The notes: generated by a model from the sequence alone, not told the origin. A stretch of DNA of 64,000 bases from Planctomycetaceae bacterium (GCA_947459185.1 CANHCU010000002.1:21408-85407), one strand, 5' to 3'. Positions 1-9,609 are shown, counted from the stretch's first letter. Numbers and translations: made by a program.

Positions 1-703
1 CGTCAGCCGCGGGCTGCACGACCGTGCCGCTGTACTGCGACGGCAGGAATCCAGCGTCCCAGTTCTTCACGCCGTTGGACCCGTAGCCCCGGTGGTCGGG
101 GAGCACGACGAAGGTCGGCAGGTTGTCGTTCATCGAGCCGAGCGCGTAGCTCACCCAGCAGCCGGCGCCGGGGAAGCCGGGCAGCACGAAGCCGGTCGTC
201 TGCAGGAGCGTGGCCGCGGAGTGCACGCCGGATGTGCTCACCATGTTGTGGATGAACGCCATCTGATCGACCACGTCGCCGAGCGCCGCGACGGGCGTGG
301 AAAGCAGCTTGCCGCTCTGGCCATAGGGCTTGAAGTCCCAGATCGGCTTGAGCCAGGGGCCCAGGCCGTTCTGAAACGCCTCCACCGGCTCGCCAAAGTC
401 ACTCGGCTTGCCATGGTGCTTCACGAGATCTGGCTTGTAGTCCCAGAGATCAATGTGGCTGGCGGCCCCCGCCATGAAGAGCTGCACCACCCGTTTTACT
501 TTTGGCGGATAGATGCAGGCCGAATGCAGGCTGACGCCAGCCTCAGCGGTGCCCCCAGCCACCGCATCGCGGTCGCCAGCCAGCATCGCCGCCAATGCCA
601 GCGAACCAAAACCGCAGCCCGAGCGGGCCAGCAGCTCGCGGCGGGTCAGGGCACTCGAGGTCGAGCCGTGCGACGAAGCGTGATAGGGCGAGGTGTTTTT
701 CAT
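1..703 (-). CDS. DUF1501 family protein (partial, 3' end runs off the window)
   Basis: Manual translation from ATG at 703: MKNTSP...LTRRELLARSGCGFGSLALAAML...KVKRVVQLFMAGAASHIDLWDYKP. This is a Tat-like RR leader plus the DUF1501 N-terminal signature, directly downstream of a PSD1/DUF1553 gene as usual in planctomycetes. Confidence 0.85.
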   Translation of the reverse strand, partial: MKNTSPYHASSHGSTSSALTRRELLARSGCGFGSLALAAMLAGDRDAVAGGTAEAGVSLHSACIYPPKVKRVVQLFMAGAASHIDLWDYKPDLVKHHGKPSDFGEPVEAFQNGLGPWLKPIWDFKPYGQSGKLLSTPVAALGDVVDQMAFIHNMVSTSGVHSAATLLQTTGFVLPGFPGAGCWVSYALGSMNDNLPTFVVLPDHRGYGSNGVKNWDAGFLPSQYSGTVVQPAAD

Positions 704-725
704 ACGGTCCCTCAATCCATTTCTT

Positions 726-3710
726 TTAATCCACGAAGGAGAATTCGTTGAGGTTCAGAATTACACGGCAGACGTTGGCGAGACCATGGGCGTTCGCGAC
801 CTCGACGAGCGCGGCAGCCTCCTCGGCATCGGGATCGCGGCCCATCGCCAGTGCAAACGCCCGCTTCACCTGGGCCGCAGGATCGTCGCCCGCCTCCCGC
901 ACCACGCGGTCGGCGAACTGTCGGGCCTGCACGACCATGAAGCCGTTGTTCAAGAGCGCCAGCGCCTGCAATGCCGAGATACTTTCATTCCGCTTCTCGA
1001 CCCGCATCGAGGGATCGGCACAGTCGAGGCAGGTCATGAAGGGCTGCGTCTGGCTGCGAACGATGAACCGGTAGACTCCCCGCCGCCAGGTCTTCTTGTC
1101 GTCAGGGTCAGCGAGGTCGTAGCGGTAGTGGGGCGAGTGCTGCGGATGCTCGACCTTGAAATCCTGCCAGCCCGGGCCGCCCATCGTGAGGTCGAGCGTG
1201 CCGGCCGCGGCGAGCACGGCGTCGCGGATGCCCTCGGCCTCGAGCTTCCGGCGGTTCTGCCGCCAGAGATACTGGTTGTCGGCATCGATTGCGGCACAGT
1301 CTTCCCGCGCCGTGCTCGCCTGCCGGTAGGCGGCACTCGTGACGATCAGCCGGTGGAGGCTCTTGAGCGAGCCGCCTCCGTCGCGGAATTCAGCCGCCAG
1401 CCAGTCGAGCAGTTCGGGATGCGTCGGCGCGGCGCCCATGCGTCCGAAGTCACTCGCCGTCGCGACGATGCCCCGGCCGAAGTGATACTGCCAGACACGG
1501 TTGACGATCGACCGCCAGGTGAGCGGGTTGTCGGGGCTGGCGATCCAGCGGGCCAGTGCCACGCGGCGGTCTCCCTCGGCATGCTCCGGCGGGAGGTCGA
1601 ACCGGCTCGGCAGCGTTTCGACGGCGGCGAGCGACCCGGGCTTCACCTCATGCGCGGGGGCGAGCACGTTGCCGCGGGAGAGCACATAGATCGTCCGTGG
1701 CTTTCCCTGCCGCACTTTCGTCGAGGCTGCATAGACAGACGAGAGCGGCGGCAGCGCCTTCTGCTCGGCGTCGGTGGCAGTGACCTTCTGCTTCACCTCA
1801 TCGCGTTCGGCCGTCAACTTCGGATCGACCGTCTTGGCCACGAGCGCCTCCCGCTCTTGCCGTAGCAGCGCCGCTTGATCGGGAAACTCAGCCGGGCTCT
1901 CGCCATCGACGATATTCTGCCGCGCCCACCGCGGGGCCGCCTCGATCGAGTCGAGCGACGTCACGACGGCCTTGGCCGCGAGGTTCACACCGTCGGCCCC
2001 GAGCACCTGCAATTCGGCCATCGCCAGAATAAAATCGTTCGACCGCGGGGCGAGCTTCGTGGCCGTGACGCGGACATACCGGCCCACGCCCCCGGCCGAG
2101 TGTGACTGCGGCTTGGTGCCGGGGTTGGCTAAGTCGGCGTCGGCGAACGCGGCGACCGTCGTCACGCCATCGCGAAACTCCGGGGCGTTGGCCACTTCCA
2201 CGCGATACCGCAGTGGAAACCCGAAGCCGGCCCCGATCCCGTTAAAATTGTCGAAGCAGGGGTGGAGCACGATCTCCTTGATCGGCAGCTCCCGGCCCAG
2301 GTCGACCTGCACCCACTTCACGGTGTCGGCTGCCGGGGCGATCCCGCTGTGGTAGCCGTAGGCCGGGCCGGGATTGCCGTCGGTGAGCTTCGGCGTCTCC
2401 TTGATCAGTTTGTCGATTTCGGCCAGCCGCGGGCCGGCCGCCTTGGCGATCTCCGCCTCGATCTCCTTGCTGCGGGATTCGAGCGACTGCTTCTTGGCGT
2501 CGAGCGTTGCATGCTGCCGCATTAACTCCGGATCGGCCGAATACTTCCGATCCTCGCGGTCGATCGCCGCGAAGACAGACTGCAGCGAGTAGTAGTCATC
2601 CTGCGTGATGGGATCGAACTTGTGGTTGTGGCACTGGGCGCAGTGGATCGTGACGCTCGAGAACGTGCCGATCGTGTTGGCCACCATGTCGTCGCGGTCG
2701 AGGTGGCGGGCGATCTTGCCGTCGGTCTTGGTCTCAGGCACCTCGCGGTGGCCGATCAGATCCCATGGTCCGGCTGCGATGAAGCCGATCGCCTCCTGTC
2801 CGTCGGTCGAATTGGGAAAGAGCACGTCGCCGGCGATCTGCTCCTCGATGAACCTGGCATAGGGTTTGTCGGCATTGAGCGAGCGGATGACGTAGTCGCG
2901 ATAAGGCCAGGCATTCGGGCGGGGCTGGTCCTTGTCGTAGCCGTGTGTGTCGCCGTAGTGGACGACGTCGAGCCAGTGCCTGGCCCAGCGTTCGCCGTAG
3001 CGGGGCGAGGCCAGCAGGCGATCGACAAGTTTCTCGTAGGCCGCTGGATCGGCGTCGGCGACGAAGGCATCAACCTCTTCGGGCGTCGGCGGCAGGCCCG
3101 TCAGGTCGAATGCGAGCCGGCGGATGAGCGTGCGGCGGTCGGCCACGGCCGACGGCGACAGCTTTTTGTCGGGAAGCGTCGCGCGGACGAAGAAGTCGAT
3201 GGCGTTGCGTTCGGCTTCGACGCCGGGCAGCGTTGCGAACGCAGCGACCTGATCCGGCACCGGCGGCTTTGCGATCGCCTTCCAGGCCCAGTGGTCGAGA
3301 CGCGGATCGCGGGTGGCGGCGGGCGAGTCGTCGGAGCCGGGCCAGGGTGCATCCGCATCGATCCAGGCGGTGATGGCGGCGATCTCTTCTTTCGAGAGCC
3401 GTTCGCCCTCGGGCGGCATCATCTGTTCAGGGTTCGTCGTCGTGATCCGCCGAACGAGTTCGCTGGCGGACCCCTTCCCCGCAACGATCGCCGGGCCAAA
3501 GTCGCCCCCCTTGAGCATGGCGGCCCGCGAGTCGAGCCGCAGGCCCGATTCCTGGGAGTCGGCCCCGTGGCACTCCACGCAGCGGGCCGCGACTACCCCC
3601 CGGGCGGGGGCGTCCTGCGCATCGTCAGCCGCGGCATGCGACCCACCCCTGGCAGTGGCACACACTACCAGCAGGCAGACTAAAACCGACGATCGCTGCG
3701 ACTGAGTCAT
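726..3710 (-). CDS. Planctomycete cytochrome c / DUF1549 (PSCyt2) / DUF1553 (PSD1) protein with an internal F5/8-like (discoidin-type) domain
   Basis: CxxCH motifs CVECH and CAQCH. Signatures RYGERWARHWLD, NPLTWRSIVNRVWQYHFGRG, HPELLDWLA. WVQVDLG...GRYVRV segment. Start placed at ATG 3710 after a GGAGGAG RBS. Confidence 0.9.
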   Translation of the reverse strand: MTQSQRSSVLVCLLVVCATARGGSHAAADDAQDAPARGVVAARCVECHGADSQESGLRLDSRAAMLKGGDFGPAIVAGKGSASELVRRITTTNPEQMMPPEGERLSKEEIAAITAWIDADAPWPGSDDSPAATRDPRLDHWAWKAIAKPPVPDQVAAFATLPGVEAERNAIDFFVRATLPDKKLSPSAVADRRTLIRRLAFDLTGLPPTPEEVDAFVADADPAAYEKLVDRLLASPRYGERWARHWLDVVHYGDTHGYDKDQPRPNAWPYRDYVIRSLNADKPYARFIEEQIAGDVLFPNSTDGQEAIGFIAAGPWDLIGHREVPETKTDGKIARHLDRDDMVANTIGTFSSVTIHCAQCHNHKFDPITQDDYYSLQSVFAAIDREDRKYSADPELMRQHATLDAKKQSLESRSKEIEAEIAKAAGPRLAEIDKLIKETPKLTDGNPGPAYGYHSGIAPAADTVKWVQVDLGRELPIKEIVLHPCFDNFNGIGAGFGFPLRYRVEVANAPEFRDGVTTVAAFADADLANPGTKPQSHSAGGVGRYVRVTATKLAPRSNDFILAMAELQVLGADGVNLAAKAVVTSLDSIEAAPRWARQNIVDGESPAEFPDQAALLRQEREALVAKTVDPKLTAERDEVKQKVTATDAEQKALPPLSSVYAASTKVRQGKPRTIYVLSRGNVLAPAHEVKPGSLAAVETLPSRFDLPPEHAEGDRRVALARWIASPDNPLTWRSIVNRVWQYHFGRGIVATASDFGRMGAAPTHPELLDWLAAEFRDGGGSLKSLHRLIVTSAAYRQASTAREDCAAIDADNQYLWRQNRRKLEAEGIRDAVLAAAGTLDLTMGGPGWQDFKVEHPQHSPHYRYDLADPDDKKTWRRGVYRFIVRSQTQPFMTCLDCADPSMRVEKRNESISALQALALLNNGFMVVQARQFADRVVREAGDDPAAQVKRAFALAMGRDPDAEEAAALVEVANAHGLANVCRVILNLNEFSFVD

Positions 3711-3759
3711 CGACGCTCCTCCGCAACAGTATGAGCCGCTGGAAGCACTATTGGCACTC

Positions 3760-3889
3760 AAAAAGGCGTCAGGCACTTAAAAGAAGGGGGCGGGACTCAG
3801 TTTCAGACTGCCCTCCCATCCAAGCCCGAAGCGCGAGCGAGGGAATCCGCGACCCAAAGGTGTCACCACTGGTCCTGCCACCTTTTTTT
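3760..3889. repeat. Composite REP-like element: family-2 inverted arms around a family-1 REP
   Basis: AAAAAGGCGTCAGGCACTT (3760-3778) and TGGTCCTGCCACCTTTTTT (3870-3889) are imperfect inverted arms. Inside lies ATCCAAGCCCGAAGCGCGAGCGAGGGAATCC (3818-3848), which recurs at 10.9, 12.7 and 60.7 kb. Confidence 0.7.
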
Positions 3890-3891
3890 AA

Positions 3892-4326
3892 TCACGCCAC
3901 GCACGGGTTGCGGGTGCGGAGGGCTGGAAAGCGGCTGAAATCACGGTCGGCTGTCCAAAGCTCCGTCACGCCGTGAGCGAGGCAGACTGCCGCGATCCTG
4001 GCGTCGTGAATCCTCGGCCCGGCGACCTTGGTCTCCGTCACGAGTTGTCGCAAGATCGGCCAGTATCCCGGCCCCTCGGCGATCAGTCGGGCGGTGGGCG
4101 ATTCAAGCAGCGCATCGATGGCGTCGGCTGCATGCTGCGGCGACAGCGGCTCCCGGAAGATTCGCGGGTTGGTCACCACGGCCAAGAGCTCGTGCACGCA
4201 GGGCCACGGCAGAGCCCACGGAGAACTGCCCTCGGCGAGTTCACGAACCCGTGCAGCCGCCCGCTCGTGATGCTCGTATTCCGACCGCAGGGCAGCCACG
4301 AGGATATTCGTGTCGACGGCAATCAC
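3892..4326 (-). CDS. vapC: VapC family PIN-domain toxin
   Basis: MIAVDTNILV start, E in CVHELL, HDARIAA and LWTADRDF acidic PIN residues; overlaps the antitoxin stop codon. Confidence 0.9.
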   Translation of the reverse strand: MIAVDTNILVAALRSEYEHHERAAARVRELAEGSSPWALPWPCVHELLAVVTNPRIFREPLSPQHAADAIDALLESPTARLIAEGPGYWPILRQLVTETKVAGPRIHDARIAAVCLAHGVTELWTADRDFSRFPALRTRNPCVA

Positions 4327-4571
4327 GTCCCGCGGCCCCGATAGATTTCGTCCCGGATCCGCTGCCAGTCGCCATCCGCAAATTCCGGCTGGAAACCGCC
4401 ACCACCCGGCTCGATCGACCGCAGGCGGAACGGCTTCCGGGCCGGCCGCCGGTCATCGATCACCCTCCGAAGCCCCTCCTGCACGAGTTCGCGGAGCGTC
4501 GTGTGATCGCGGGCGGCGATCTGCCTCGCCTCCTCAAGCAGCGAGTCGGCAACATCAATTGTTGTCTTCAT
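4323..4571 (-). CDS. vapB: VapB family antitoxin (ribbon-helix-helix type)
   Basis: MKTTIDVADSLLEEARQIA...TLRELVQEGLR; small gene immediately upstream of the PIN toxin. Confidence 0.85.
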   Translation of the reverse strand: MKTTIDVADSLLEEARQIAARDHTTLRELVQEGLRRVIDDRRPARKPFRLRSIEPGGGGFQPEFADGDWQRIRDEIYRGRGT

Positions 4572-4607
4572 GTTGCTAACAATATTCCTGGCCCGTGCGC
4601 GAGTCAA
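4572..4607 (-). promoter_or_regulatory. Sigma70-type promoter for a probably leaderless vapBC transcript
   Basis: Minus strand reads TTGACT (4607-4602), 17 bp, TATTGT (4584-4579), 7 nt, then ATG. A small palindrome TGTT-GCT-AACA overlaps the start. Confidence 0.6.
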
Positions 4608-4725
4608 GCAGGCGAAAGGGTCGGTACTAAAACCGCCTCATTTCGCACAAACTTCTTCGGAGGGCTGTCCGCTGCTTGCGGCCCTCTCGCGACCCAAACC
4701 CGGCCCGGCCCCTCGGAACTGCCCC

Positions 4726-5289
4726 ATGCCGCCCGATCGCTCCACCCGACGCCCTGCCGACCGGAAGGATGACTACGAGGAATTCCTCGGGCTCTTCTCC
4801 CGGAACCAGTCCCGCGTGCAGGCCTACATCCGTTCGCTCGTGCCCGACGCCGCCCATGCCGACGATGTGTTTCAGGCAACGAGCCTCGTCCTCTGGCGGA
4901 GTTTCGCAACCTTCGATCGCGACAAAGACTTCCTGCCCTGGGCCTTCGGGGTCGCACGACACCAGGTGCTGATGTTCTGGCGGACGAAGCGGCGCGACCG
5001 GCACGTCTTCAGCGAGACGCTGATCGCGACCCTCGCGGACGACACGCTGGGCCGCGCCGACTTCGCCGCCGACCGGCAGCGGGCCCTCGATGCTTGCGTG
5101 GAGGGCTTGCCACCGCGGCAGCGGGATTTGATCCGGATGTTTTACGGCGAAAACAAATCGGCCGACACGATCGCCGCCTCGTGGGACCGCACCGTCCACG
5201 CCGTCTACAAGGCGCTCAAGGTGATGCGAAAGAGCCTGCTTAAATGCGTGGAACGCCGACTCGCCACGGAAGGCCTGCTGCCCGAGTGA
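4726..5289 (+). CDS. ECF sigma-70 factor
   Basis: Region 2 (ADDVFQATSLVLWRSF...FLPWAFGVARHQV) and region 4 (LPPRQRDLIRMFY...VYKALKVMRKSL); followed by a FecR-type gene. Confidence 0.9.
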   Translation: MPPDRSTRRPADRKDDYEEFLGLFSRNQSRVQAYIRSLVPDAAHADDVFQATSLVLWRSFATFDRDKDFLPWAFGVARHQVLMFWRTKRRDRHVFSETLIATLADDTLGRADFAADRQRALDACVEGLPPRQRDLIRMFYGENKSADTIAASWDRTVHAVYKALKVMRKSLLKCVERRLATEGLLPE

Positions 5290-5299
5290 ACCCCTCACC

Positions 5300-7009
5300 A
5301 TGAACGACCAGCACGTGCACGACCAGAACATGCCAAACCACGACATGCCAAAAGACGACCAGCACCGCGACGATCGAGAGCGACTCCCGTCGCTGACGGC
5401 CGACTATCTCAACGGCACGCTTGATCCGGCGGAGACCGCCGAACTGGAATCGCTGCTCACCCAGGATCCGATCGCGCGGCAGATGTTCCTCGACGCTTCC
5501 TTGCTCCACGCCCAACTGGCCGCCACGCCCGTGGCGCTGGGGTATGAACGCCTAAAAGGTGACAGGCACCTTGTACAAAAAAGTGTCCTCGAGCGTTCGC
5601 TGCCGGGTGCCGCCGCTCTCGCCGCAGGCCTGCTCTTGGCCGCCGCCTGCCTGGCGCTCATCGTGACGGAGCCGGCGGCGCCACGATTGGCCGTCCCCGA
5701 TCGTCTCGCGGTGCCCGCCGTTGCCCCAGCCGAGCCGAACGATCTGCACTACGACAACCGGCAGTTGCCGATCACGACCGTGGCGGTGCTGCACGACGAC
5801 GACGATTCGCGGACCGACGCGGCCGACACTACGGCAGCCGGCCGGGACATCACTCCCTCCACCCTCGAGTCTGCCGCCGGCGGTATGCGGCTCACGTCTT
5901 CCGACGGCGCCGACGTGCGGCTGGAAGGGTTGTCGCGGTTCGGGTTTGCCAGCGGCGATTCCGGCGCCCTCTTCAGTGGCAGCGTGCGGGCCCGGGTCGA
6001 GGATCCCACGAAGACGTTCTCCGTGGTGACATCCAATCTCCGTGTGGTCGATCTCGGCACTGAATTTCGCGTCAGCCAGTTGGATGCCGACCGCGTGGCG
6101 GTGACGGTGTTCGATGGCGATGTCGAGGTGCAGTCTCGCGTGCGACTGCCGGTCTGCTACTGGCCGTTTGACGATCTGGAAAAAGACCAACGCGTCACGA
6201 CCGACGCGGTGCAGTCGCTGCCGGCGGCGTTTGGCGATGTCCTGCAACGCTGCGATGGCATCGTCGGCCCAGGCGCGCTGCGGTTCGACAATTCCAAGGG
6301 CTCATTCGCCCGCGTGCAGGGCGGCACCGGCGAGAAGGTCGGCCTCGGCACACTTTCGGCCGCCGAGGGGATCGCGGTCGAGGCGCTGATCATCTCGCAC
6401 TGGACCGCAGCGTCGATGGACTACGACGAGATCTATCGTAAGGAAGATGGCGACTGCCGCGTGCTGCTCAGTTTCCAGAACGACGGCATGATCCACGCAG
6501 GCCATTCGGAGCCGGCCGTGGCCCCCGGCCCCTGCCTCTCGTTCGGACTGCATCTGGCTGGTCGCGACTACAAGGAACTCGACATGCCGCTCGACGGCCG
6601 CGAGGGCCGGCCCACCGTGGCCGATCTCACCGACGGCAGGCCGCATCACGTTGTCGCAACCTACGACAGCTTCACCGGCCGCAAGGCGATCTTCATCGAC
6701 GGCACGCTCCGGTTCGAGCACGTCTATCCCGAGGGCACGCTCATCGTGAGCGGTGGACCGGAGTCTGCCTTCATCGGCAGTATGAGCGGCCGCGAAAACT
6801 TCCACGGCGTCATCGACGAACTGGCCCTCTACGACTTCGCCCTCACGGCCGACGAGATCGCCGAGCACCACGAGCGGACCCGCCGCGGCGAAACCTACTT
6901 CGGCCCGCGGCCCACCCGGCCCAACACGCCGCGGTGGCAGGCGATCACCCGCATCACCGAGGGCCAGACGCGGATCTTCAACAGCCGCACCGGCCTCGCC
7001 GCGGAATAG
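5300..7009 (+). CDS. Anti-sigma factor: N-terminal helical domain, TM helix, FecR domain, C-terminal LamG-like domain
   Basis: YLNGTLDPAETAELESLL; hydrophobic TM; VVDLGTEFRV...VTVFDGDVEV (FecR); HHVVATYD...IFIDG...FHGVIDELALYDFALT (LamG). Confidence 0.85.
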   Translation: MNDQHVHDQNMPNHDMPKDDQHRDDRERLPSLTADYLNGTLDPAETAELESLLTQDPIARQMFLDASLLHAQLAATPVALGYERLKGDRHLVQKSVLERSLPGAAALAAGLLLAAACLALIVTEPAAPRLAVPDRLAVPAVAPAEPNDLHYDNRQLPITTVAVLHDDDDSRTDAADTTAAGRDITPSTLESAAGGMRLTSSDGADVRLEGLSRFGFASGDSGALFSGSVRARVEDPTKTFSVVTSNLRVVDLGTEFRVSQLDADRVAVTVFDGDVEVQSRVRLPVCYWPFDDLEKDQRVTTDAVQSLPAAFGDVLQRCDGIVGPGALRFDNSKGSFARVQGGTGEKVGLGTLSAAEGIAVEALIISHWTAASMDYDEIYRKEDGDCRVLLSFQNDGMIHAGHSEPAVAPGPCLSFGLHLAGRDYKELDMPLDGREGRPTVADLTDGRPHHVVATYDSFTGRKAIFIDGTLRFEHVYPEGTLIVSGGPESAFIGSMSGRENFHGVIDELALYDFALTADEIAEHHERTRRGETYFGPRPTRPNTPRWQAITRITEGQTRIFNSRTGLAAE

Positions 7010-7044
7010 CCGCGTCTCATGCGCGGGCGCATATGGCGAGCGGC

Positions 7045-7401
7045 TCACTGCTTGGGAACGGAAATCCAGCGGGCCAATGAATCCCTGATGCGATCAAGGC
7101 GGGTGCCGCTGAGCCGACCTATGGCTCCCAACAGCGATGAACCGTGGCACACGGCCACGCGAGACACGCGAATCACACTCGGAGCCTTGAGTCCCGTCGC
7201 CAAAAAGTCGTCATCCGTTTCCGCGAGAGTCTCATCAAGGCCTTCAATCGCCTGGTCCAACTGCGAGGAAACCATGCAGACCAGCCAATCGTCGTAATCA
7301 CCCGGAAGTTTTCGCACGATCGCTCCCGGCCTGACCTTGGTCAGACCTCCCCCGTCAGCGTACGGGAAACGGAGCAAGACAATCTGGCCCTCCTCGATCA
7401 T
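7045..7401 (-). CDS. PemK/MazF family toxin
   Basis: GQIVLLRFPYADG...KVRPGAIV...TGLKAPSVIRVSR...IGRL; TGATG coupling to the upstream antitoxin. Confidence 0.85.
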   Translation of the reverse strand: MIEEGQIVLLRFPYADGGGLTKVRPGAIVRKLPGDYDDWLVCMVSSQLDQAIEGLDETLAETDDDFLATGLKAPSVIRVSRVAVCHGSSLLGAIGRLSGTRLDRIRDSLARWISVPKQ

Positions 7402-7613
7402 CAGAAGACTTCCCGGAGGTCATCGACTGAATACAGATCGGGTTCTCGCTCCATCCCGCGCATCGCCTGGGAGAGCGAGAAGCGGGACCATTCGTCATCC
7501 TCTTCGTGGCGACGGGAACGCCCCTGCAGGAATTCGACGAAGTCGAGCACTTCGAGTTGCGCCGACTCGGGCAAGAGGTGCACTTGCTCAGCGATCTTTT
7601 CGGAAAGCGTCAT
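7401..7613 (-). CDS. DUF2281-type antitoxin
   Basis: MTLSEKIAEQVHLLPESAQLEVLDFVEFL with an acidic tail; TATAAT -10 box at 7659-7654. Confidence 0.75.
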   Translation of the reverse strand: MTLSEKIAEQVHLLPESAQLEVLDFVEFLQGRSRRHEEDDEWSRFSLSQAMRGMEREPDLYSVDDLREVF

Positions 7614-7735
7614 AACTGAAACTGCCGGGAGAAAGGAAGCGAGTTCGCCCCGAATTATAACCATCGTTCAGGGTCGCTGTGTTTGACGGCCAATAGCCGT
7701 CTCCTGGCTGAGCGGAAAACAGGGACCGAGGCCCT

Positions 7736-7844
7736 TGCACGATTCGCGGTCGGGACATCGACGGCATGCTCCGGTTCGAGCATGTTTATCCAGCCAGCCA
7801 GTGAATCCCTGATCCGATCAAGGCGGGTGCCGCTGAGCCGACCT
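7736..7844 (+). pseudogene. Collapsed patchwork relic of a second copy of the FecR-LamG + mazF region
   Basis: 7739-7749 = 5802-5812; 7751-7759 = 5843-5851; 7756-7791 matches 6694-6729 (33/36); 7788-7844 matches 7064-7120 (53/57). Pieces are collinear. Confidence 0.8.
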
Positions 7845-7895
7845 GGGCTGTGCATGGCTGCTGTGGGCGGGTGTTCTGCGAGGCCGGGGCGGGCA

Positions 7896-8921
7896 CTAGA
7901 GCAGCCGGAGTCGCCTGAGAAGAATGACGAGTGCGATGGTGATGATCGCCGACAGCACCCAGAAGTAGGCGTAGCCGTGCGTCCAGCGGGTCTCCGGCAA
8001 GACCTCGAAGTTCATGCCGTAGACTCCGCAGAGAAACGTCAGTGGCAGGAAGATCGTGCTCACGACCGCGAGCCTGTTCATCGTCATGTTGGTGCGGTGG
8101 GCGGTGAACGTCAGCGAGAGGTTCACGGCGCTCTCCAGGATTTCCCGGTTGGCGTCGATGTCGGCGAGCAGCCTGTCGAGCGTGCCGATCATCGTCCCGA
8201 AAAACTCGAGCGTCGCGTCGCTGATCAGCGCCGTTTTCCTCGACACCAGTTCCTCGAGCACGCGGCGTAGCGGCAGCACCCGCTTGCGCAGCACCATCAG
8301 CTTGGCCGACATGTGCGACAAACGGTCGAGCGTGGTCTCGTTGACCTCGTGGTGCAGCGCGACCCGCACGCTTTCGACGTCGTGTTCGAGTTCGCCCTCC
8401 AGGGCAATGAACTGATTGATCTGTGCGTTCCAGATTTCATAAATCAGAAAGCTGGACGTCTTCGCGTACTTCTGGAAGTCGTGCTCGTAGTCGCGTCGCA
8501 CGATGGCGAGCACCGCGGACGGCCCGCGGTGCAGCGTGAGGAGAAATCCTTCGCCGATCACGACGTCGCAACGATCCCAGTCGATGCTCTCTTCCCGGGA
8601 GACAGCACCTATCAGCGTGATGTGCAGGAGTCGCTCCGAACGACGGACGGAAGTCAGCGGCTCGCTCTGGACATCACCAGCCTGGCCCGCGAGTGGCTGC
8701 AGGTGCGACCTGCAATCGTCGTCGATCGGGACCACATCCTGCAGGACATTCAGATCGGCGATCGCGAGATCGAGGTCGATCCAGATGAATTCGCCGGCCC
8801 GGATACGTGCCGGAATGTCCGGCAGGCTGGTGCGGCCGAGCACATGCTCATCGAAATTGAAATACTCCGCGACGACACCCGGCACCGACACCACGCTTGC
8901 GGCGGCAGTGTCGTGAGTCAT
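7896..8921 (-). CDS. corA: CorA family Mg2+/Co2+ transporter
   Basis: C-terminal IFLPLTFLCGVYGMNF (GMN motif) with two TM helices; WIDL motif. Confidence 0.9.
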   Translation of the reverse strand: MTHDTAAASVVSVPGVVAEYFNFDEHVLGRTSLPDIPARIRAGEFIWIDLDLAIADLNVLQDVVPIDDDCRSHLQPLAGQAGDVQSEPLTSVRRSERLLHITLIGAVSREESIDWDRCDVVIGEGFLLTLHRGPSAVLAIVRRDYEHDFQKYAKTSSFLIYEIWNAQINQFIALEGELEHDVESVRVALHHEVNETTLDRLSHMSAKLMVLRKRVLPLRRVLEELVSRKTALISDATLEFFGTMIGTLDRLLADIDANREILESAVNLSLTFTAHRTNMTMNRLAVVSTIFLPLTFLCGVYGMNFEVLPETRWTHGYAYFWVLSAIITIALVILLRRLRLL

Positions 8922-9213
8922 GGGGCACCTGCCCCACGGGAGGATTCTTGCTGAACCGGGCCGGGCGGAGAGGGCCACGGTTGAGCAGAGTGTACTCCGC
9001 CTGGGTTAGGGTCCACAGCCGCACGGGTCTTGCGACGGCTTAGCCGCACGCCGGCCCCGTCCGCTGACTAGCCGGGGGTTTGGCCCACGTGGGGCCGGGA
9101 TCGGCAGCCCAATTTGGACGGTTCGACGCCGGCGGCTACCATGAAGGTCGTCGAGATGGCCCGCACAAACGCCGGCTTCAGTCCACCCGCCCCTTCAGCC
9201 GATCAAAACCACC

Positions 9214-9609
9214 ATGGCAAAAGCAGGTCCCCGCAAAAAGCTGCCCAAGGAACTGGCCGTCATCAACGCCGACAACTGCACCGGCTGCGAGTCGTGCCTG
9301 GAAGTCTGCCCGGTTGACTGCATTTTCAAGGTGCAGCAATACGACAAGTTCCACAACCTGCAAAGCTGGTGCGAGATTGACATCGAGCGGTGCGTGGGCT
9401 GCGAGGTCTGCGTGCATATCCCGGGCAAGAAGTCGAATCCCTACGACCTGAAGGTCTGCCCGTGGGACGCCATCGAGATGGTGCCGACAGAGCAAGTGGC
9501 CCAGGTCGTCGCCCAGATCGGCGGCCCGCCGGAGTATGTCGAAAAGAACTGGGATCGGCTCGTGGGCACGGCCCAGCATCTGGCCGAACTCAAGTGCGCC
9601 ACCGGCTGA
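9214..9609 (+). CDS. 2[4Fe-4S] dicluster ferredoxin
   Basis: CTGCESCLEVCP and CVGCEVC...VCPWDAI. Confidence 0.9.
   Translation: MAKAGPRKKLPKELAVINADNCTGCESCLEVCPVDCIFKVQQYDKFHNLQSWCEIDIERCVGCEVCVHIPGKKSNPYDLKVCPWDAIEMVPTEQVAQVVAQIGGPPEYVEKNWDRLVGTAQHLAELKCATG

Noticed and set aside
7655-7855. 66-aa ORF resembling the MazF C-terminus
   Set aside because: Chimeric reading of the collapsed relic; only about 19 codons are homologous.
8922-9213. Mg2+ (M-box) or NiCo riboswitch upstream of corA
   Set aside because: No recognisable consensus on the coding strand.
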